11,556 bases of DNA from Promethearchaeota archaeon (GTDB lineage: Archaea > Asgardarchaeota > Hermodarchaeia > Hermodarchaeales > Hermodarchaeaceae). Below are positions 7,356 to 11,556 of the stretch, piece after piece (within the stretch, counting starts at the first letter, position 1; each line of letters starts with the position of its first letter). Under the pieces are notes generated by a model. That model was not told the origin of the DNA. It searched no databases and worked only from the letters and a program-made list of their open reading frames with translations. The translations under genes and the position numbers were made by a program. The stretch lies in contig JBHLPH010000041.1 of the NCBI GenBank assembly GCA_048939625.1, forward strand, positions 1 to 11,556, given 5' to 3'.

Positions 7356-8012
7356 TTAGTCATCAGAGAGTTGTTTAATCCCATAAGGGCAAAGCGAGTT
7401 CAATGGGCAGCTTGAACACTTTGGACGTTGAGCTGTACATTGAGCTCGTCCATGAGCAATGAAAAGATGGTTGATGAGATTCCATTGTTCATAAGGGAGT
7501 AATTGCATTAGATCTTTTTCCACCTGGTCAGGGTTTTTTCCTTTGCTAAACCCCAATCGACGGCTAATTCGAAAAACGTGCGTATCCACTGCAATTCCGA
7601 CAACTCGGCCAAACGCACGGTGAAGGATGATGTTTGCGGTTTTTCGACCAACTCCGGGAAGACGTACTAGTTCGTCCATGGTTTTGGGAACCTTTCCATC
7701 GAACTCCTCTATAATCATTTGACATGCTGCTTGAAGATACTTGGTTTTTTGCCGATAATATCCGACTTTGAAAATATCCTGCTGTAGCTCTAAAGGGTCA
7801 GCAAAGGCGACATCTTGGGGAGTCTGATATTTTTTAAATAATTCTTTGGTCACTTGGTTAACTTGTATGTCTGTAGATTGTGCAGAAAGCATCGTCGCAA
7901 CAAGGTATTGAAATGGTGTGCGGGCTTTGAGCATCAATGGTTTCTGCGGATAATGATTTTCGAGTATGTTGAGAATACCCAATGCTCTAGTCTTCTCGTT
8001 TGTCTGATCCAC
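7356..8012 (-). CDS. nth: Endonuclease III (HhH-GPD DNA glycosylase/AP lyase)
   Basis: LVATMLSAQSTD, HhH motif LPGVGRKTAN, AVDTHVFRI and C-terminal 4Fe-4S motif C-x6-C-x2-C-x5-C (CTAQRPKCSSCPLNSLC). Confidence 0.97.
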   Translation of the reverse strand: MDQTNEKTRALGILNILENHYPQKPLMLKARTPFQYLVATMLSAQSTDIQVNQVTKELFKKYQTPQDVAFADPLELQQDIFKVGYYRQKTKYLQAACQMIIEEFDGKVPKTMDELVRLPGVGRKTANIILHRAFGRVVGIAVDTHVFRISRRLGFSKGKNPDQVEKDLMQLLPYEQWNLINHLFIAHGRAQCTAQRPKCSSCPLNSLCPYGIKQLSDD

Positions 8013-8103
8013 GTCTAGTCCCTTCAGAAATAGTCACATGATATTAACTAAATTGAATTTTCGCCTTTTTCCATTATAAGATTCGTATTCTTGGACAAAC
8101 GCG

Positions 8104-8120
8104 TAACAGTCATATATTAT
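8104..8120 (+). promoter_or_regulatory. Candidate promoter of RNase P RNA
   Basis: ATATATTA box at 8112-8119, starting 26 nt before the P1 helix start at 8138. Confidence 0.5.
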
Positions 8121-8137
8121 GTTGTAAATCAGATTTC

Positions 8138-8527
8138 GTGGTTCAGCGATGAAGGACGGCTGCCGGACGCCTAGCGTCTGAGGAAGCTCCATTCTCCCTT
8201 AGGCATCGGTACGGCGCGAGCCGTAAGGCGAGAGCCTTGCTCTGGGAACAGAAACGACACGCCCAGCGCTGAATTTACGATGAGGCAGTTGAAGATTAAA
8301 GGAAACTTTGATCTAAGCGGCGTGCTGGTAACAGCACACCTGTTAACCTGTTGAGGATGGCGTTGGAACCGATGAAACGGCCCATCACCGAGGGAGCAAG
8401 CCCAAATAGGCCACTTATGAAGAGCCTACTGAGGTGGCGGGTAGGGTGCTTAGCTAGATGCCGTCATTCCCTTCAGGGTGACTTGAATGGATGAACAGAA
8501 AATGGGCTACTCTCATTACTGAACCAC
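8138..8527 (+). ncRNA. rnpB: RNase P RNA, archaeal type A
   Basis: P1 GTGGTTCAG/CTGAACCAC and P2 GACGGC/GCCGTC. CR-I GAGGAAGCTCC, CR-II ACAGAAA, CR-III GAAACGG, GAGCAAGCCCAAATAGG...GGGTAGG and CR-V ACAGAAAATGGGCTA. P4 AGCTCCATT/AATGGGCT with bulged U. P8 and P9 hairpins with GNRA loops (TACGGC-GCGA-GCCGTA, AGGC-GAGA-GCCT). The region has no long ORF. Confidence 0.95.
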
Positions 8528-8555
8528 ACCTTTTCTCATTGAATGGTGGAGCACA

Positions 8556-9086
8556 GTGGAACCCCCACAAATCCTTGTATTACGCATTCCGGGATGCGAC
8601 CCAAAGAAATGCAGTGCACTAAAGCTCTCTCGTCATAACCTAATCAAGCTCCTGCACAGCCCTCGACAAATCCGAGGACAGCCAATTATTTTAGACCCTT
8701 TTGCACTCCAAGCCTTTTCGCCTGCAGATTTACCCTATGCTCAAAAATCAGGTGTGCTAGTTTTAGATTGTTCGTGGAACGAAGCCGAGAAAATGTTTCA
8801 AAAACGATTACGGGGCACTCCACGTGGACTTCCGTATCTAGTTGCTGCAAATCCCGTGAACTACGGGCAAGTGGGAAAGCTGTCTTCAGCGGAAGCGGTG
8901 GCAAGTGCACTATATATTCTTGGATTTGTGAAAGAGGCTGAAAAAATCTTGAATCTTTTCAAATGGGGACCGCACTTTCTTCAACTGAATTTTGAACCCT
9001 TGAATGATTATCAGAAAGCCCAGAATAGTACTGAAATTATACAGATGCAGCAGCAGTATATGCCTCTGAAAGAAGACAAGGATTAA
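8556..9086 (+). CDS. tsr3: 16S rRNA aminocarboxypropyltransferase Tsr3 (DUF367)
   Basis: CDPKKCSALKL, LDCSW, LPYLVAANPVNYG, LSSAEAVASALYILG and FKWGPHFLQLN. GTG start after GGTGGAG. Confidence 0.95.
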   Translation: MEPPQILVLRIPGCDPKKCSALKLSRHNLIKLLHSPRQIRGQPIILDPFALQAFSPADLPYAQKSGVLVLDCSWNEAEKMFQKRLRGTPRGLPYLVAANPVNYGQVGKLSSAEAVASALYILGFVKEAEKILNLFKWGPHFLQLNFEPLNDYQKAQNSTEIIQMQQQYMPLKEDKD

Positions 9087-9103
9087 GGGATCGTTAAGGT
9101 TGA

Positions 9104-10666
9104 TTACTCACTGATTGGAATTCGGAAGTTATATGCAATTGGACTTGCCATGGGATTAGCGAGGACTCGAGGAATATAATCACCCAAATCAAAAGCGATG
9201 ACTCCTTGCCCCTTCTCTTGGTAAGCGAGGGATCCTGCAGCACCATTGACGAACGCGCCAGCACAAGCGCTGAGAAATGAATTTATCCCTTGTGCACGGA
9301 ATCCCGCTACGAGCCCTGCTAACACATCTCCGGTACCACCAACGCTCATAATGGGATGTCCTGTCCAATTTAGCCTTGTTTCTGCTGGTGTCGAGGTAAT
9401 GTCAACAGGACCCTTTAGTAACACAACACATTTGAGCGTTTTTGCTAAATCTCGCACTTGTTGGGCCCGCTGAAGAAGCGGTTGGGCTACTTGGATTCCT
9501 CGAATACGTTTGAATTCGCCTGCATGGGGAGTGATTATCGTATTTGTGCCGATATTCATAGCGCGTGAAACCACTTTGAGGGCGTCAGCATCGATAATCA
9601 GTGGTTTATTCAATCGATTAGCCATAGTCAGAAGTTTACCTGTAGCGTCAAGGGTCTCATGATGATCACCCAACCCAGGCCCCACTAGAACCGCTTGCAC
9701 GTTTTCAAGAACTTCTTCGATTTGAGGAAGGTCATCATTAACGAGTTTCCTTTCGCTTAAGGTAACTGGGAGAAGATCTGGTGAATGACTTGTCGCAGCA
9801 GTGATAACTTGTTCAGGAGCCGCAAGATAGACTAAATCAACCCCACTTCTAAGTGCCCCCATTGCAGCAAGAATCGGTGCCCCGATATATTGTGAGCTAC
9901 CACCGATTACAAGTAGTCGTCCAAAGTCACCTTTTTTCGTGAATATTGGACGTGGTTGAGTAGCGCGGATGACATCCCCAGGTCCTACATAAAGTTCTGC
10001 TTCAGGTGGAATCCCAACATCTGCGACTACTAATTTCCCTGTGTGTTCTTCGTTTTTCGCTAAGCCCGCCTTCGCATAGTGGAATGTCACAGTCAAATCT
10101 GGACGAAAGGCATCTGGTGTTGTAGGTTGCCCTGTGTTAGGATGAATACCTGTGGGAACATCAATGGCAACTTTAAACGCCTCCATTTTATTCATTACTT
10201 GAAGCACTTTGATGAAAGGTGTGCGTGGTTTTCCTTTCACTCCAGTACCTAATAATGCGTCAATCACTACTTGCGCGCTAATGTTTGGTAGTTCTGAAGA
10301 GTCTTGAATGATATGGAGATCGATAGAATGACGCATCTTCTGGATAATTTCCCAATTTGTCGCTGCAGCTTCATTACGGATATTTGAAGGATCTCCGATA
10401 ATCATCAAATGCACCATCCGACACCGCGGAGCGAGGTGACGCGCTGCAACAAAACCATCACCCCCATTGCCTCCTAATCCTGCAAAGATAGCTACGCGAG
10501 GTAAACGTTTAGACCGTCGAAGGACTTCATGAGCAACTGCACGACCAGCATTTTCCATAAGAATTAGTCGGTTAACTCCGAAAAATTCGGCATTCCACTC
10601 GATTGCAGTCATTTCCTCTGCCAAGATAGTTTGTACTGGTGACATAGAGCATCCATCCACTATCAT
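9104..10666 (-). CDS. nnr: Bifunctional NAD(P)H-hydrate epimerase/dehydratase (YjeF); alternative start ATG 10645
   Basis: Epimerase domain LMENAG, GGNGGDG, DALLGTG, DVPTG. Dehydratase domain KGDFGRLLVIGGS, GPGLG, DADAL, TPHAGEF, LKG, GGTGDVL. Confidence 0.96.
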   Translation of the reverse strand: MIVDGCSMSPVQTILAEEMTAIEWNAEFFGVNRLILMENAGRAVAHEVLRRSKRLPRVAIFAGLGGNGGDGFVAARHLAPRCRMVHLMIIGDPSNIRNEAAATNWEIIQKMRHSIDLHIIQDSSELPNISAQVVIDALLGTGVKGKPRTPFIKVLQVMNKMEAFKVAIDVPTGIHPNTGQPTTPDAFRPDLTVTFHYAKAGLAKNEEHTGKLVVADVGIPPEAELYVGPGDVIRATQPRPIFTKKGDFGRLLVIGGSSQYIGAPILAAMGALRSGVDLVYLAAPEQVITAATSHSPDLLPVTLSERKLVNDDLPQIEEVLENVQAVLVGPGLGDHHETLDATGKLLTMANRLNKPLIIDADALKVVSRAMNIGTNTIITPHAGEFKRIRGIQVAQPLLQRAQQVRDLAKTLKCVVLLKGPVDITSTPAETRLNWTGHPIMSVGGTGDVLAGLVAGFRAQGINSFLSACAGAFVNGAAGSLAYQEKGQGVIAFDLGDYIPRVLANPMASPIAYNFRIPISE

Positions 10667-10747
10667 TCATAATGAAGTTTGAGGGACGATAAGGCTTTTG
10701 ACTGGTCATAGATATTAACATAAGATATTGAATTTGGAGCGATAATC

Positions 10748-10984
10748 ATGCCAAAGGCCTATGTTCTTATTGTTGCGAAAAAAGGTGTTCAGAAAGATGA
10801 TCTTCTAGACCCCCTGATGGCGATTGATGAAGTAAAGGAAGCATATCAGGTTCTCTGGAATTTTGATGTCGTAGCAAAAATAATCGTAAAAGATATTCGC
10901 CAGTTAAAGCATACCATCATTTCGAAAATTCGTCAACTTCCTGAAGTCGATAAAACAGTGACTCTTATTGCAGCTGAGAGTTAA
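10748..10984 (+). CDS. Stand-alone Lrp/AsnC ligand-binding (RAM) domain protein
   Basis: 78 aa with KAYVLI...EVKEAYQV...FDVVAKI...KIRQLPEVDKTVTLI, the typical RAM pattern, and no HTH. Confidence 0.85.
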   Translation: MPKAYVLIVAKKGVQKDDLLDPLMAIDEVKEAYQVLWNFDVVAKIIVKDIRQLKHTIISKIRQLPEVDKTVTLIAAES

Positions 10985-10993
10985 GAGATAATC

Positions 10994-11275
10994 TCAGCGT
11001 TTATCACTGCCAAGTAAATATTTGAGTTCATCAGGTTCAAGATTACGCGGGGGTAATACCGCATCAGCACGATAGGTACAGTGATTCACCCTTTTGCCAT
11101 ATTGTTCGATCCATTCAAACAACTGAGCATACATTTGCATTGCCTGTTCAATGGAACCCCAGCGAGCCTCTTCGAAAATATGATCCCATCGATCCGTTAA
11201 CTCTTGCAATATTTCATCTCTGTTCGGTTCGTCGATGATTCGGTAACCTTCATTTGTTATTCGTACAACCAGCAA
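10994..11275 (-). CDS. PspA-associated protein PspAA-like
   Basis: N-terminal VVRITNEGYRI resembles the PspAA start (IVRIxxEGQY). A helical core ends in FEWIEQYGKRV, and C-terminal ADAVLPPRNLEPDELKYLL resembles SDxILPPxDxxxxExxxLL. The 93-aa size fits. Consensus recalled from memory, not searched. Confidence 0.6.
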   Translation of the reverse strand: MLVVRITNEGYRIIDEPNRDEILQELTDRWDHIFEEARWGSIEQAMQMYAQLFEWIEQYGKRVNHCTYRADAVLPPRNLEPDELKYLLGSDKR

Positions 11276-11327
11276 TTATGTCCGAACTTCCTTGCATGCC
11301 TTTTGTAATTTACCTTACTTAATTACT

Positions 11328-11341
11328 CAAAAGCTTTATAG
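11328..11341 (+). promoter_or_regulatory. BRE-TATA promoter of tRNA-Lys
   Basis: CAAAAG-CTTTATAG, about 45 nt upstream of tRNA G1, implying a leader of roughly 20 nt. Confidence 0.7.
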
Positions 11342-11404
11342 CGTGGTGTTGTTGACTGAAACGCCAGACCGCTCTAAAAATATTCGGGCTCGTAGCTTAG
11401 CTAG

Positions 11405-11432
11405 TCACACAGGGAGTCCCTGTGCGGGTGAA
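11405..11432 (+). other. 28-nt tRNA intron in the D-loop (position 18/19)
   Basis: Removal restores the D-loop AGCTAG^GTCA with conserved G18-G19. Internal hairpin CACAGGG-AGT-CCCTGTG. Relaxed bulge-helix-loop geometry. Confidence 0.75.
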
Positions 11433-11452
11433 GTCAGAGCATCGGGCTTTTA

Positions 11453-11515
11453 TAGAAAATGCCAATGGATGCATTGTACCCATGTGTACAGCAAGTCACA
11501 CTTGCTTCTAAAGAA
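11453..11515 (+). other. 63-nt tRNA intron at canonical position 37/38
   Basis: Strict BHB motif: central helix CTTT/AAAG, bulges TA^T and AA^A, intron-side helix AGAA/TTCT. Confidence 0.92.
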
Positions 11516-11556
11516 ACCCGAGGGTCGCGGGTTCAAGTCCCGCCGAGCCCGCCAAT

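Larger units (their letters stand above)
11386..11554 (+). tRNA. tRNA-Lys(UUU) with two introns and encoded CCA
   Basis: Acceptor GGGCTCG/CGAGCCC, D-stem GCTT/GAGC, anticodon stem TCGGG/CCCGA with loop CT-TTT-A^A, variable loop GGGTC, T arm GCGGG-TTCAAGT-CCCGC, G73 and CCA at 11552-11554. Confidence 0.95.

Noticed and set aside
8686-9473. ORFs 8686..8910 (-) and 9246..9473 (+)
   Set aside because: Antisense to tsr3 and nnr, with no independent support.
11344-11366. Imperfect inverted repeat TGGTGTT-N9-AACGCCA upstream of the tRNA
   Set aside because: It is only 7 bp with a G-T pair and straddles the expected TSS, so it may be chance. No split-tRNA leader pairing is needed because the tRNA is contiguous.
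1-11556. CRISPR array, transposase, integrase or att site at the tRNA
   Set aside because: No regularly spaced repeats or mobility genes were seen. The window ends 2 nt after the CCA, so downstream integration cannot be assessed.

Overview
Archaeal chromosomal window, most likely from an Asgard archaeon. This is inferred from a stand-alone Ras-superfamily GTPase lying among archaeal markers: Tsr3, an AbrB-PhoU regulator, an archaeal RNase P RNA and a tRNA with BHB introns. In order it contains: a glycyl-radical activating enzyme, a DmpA-family peptidase, a divergent Na/Pi cotransporter and PhoU regulator pair, a multi-zinc-finger protein, a permuted orphan amino-DNA methyltransferase, a small GTPase, endonuclease III, RNase P RNA, tsr3, nnr, a stand-alone Lrp/AsnC RAM domain, a PspAA-like protein and tRNA-Lys(UUU) with two introns. 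I see no mobile element, CRISPR array or single obvious novel multi-gene system. The best leads are the GTPase mixing Rab and Rho signatures, the doubly intron-split tRNA with a D-loop intron and a highly structured anticodon intron, the orphan PspAA-like gene and the permuted methyltransferase next to the zinc-finger gene. All family assignments come from motif recognition by eye, without database searches.
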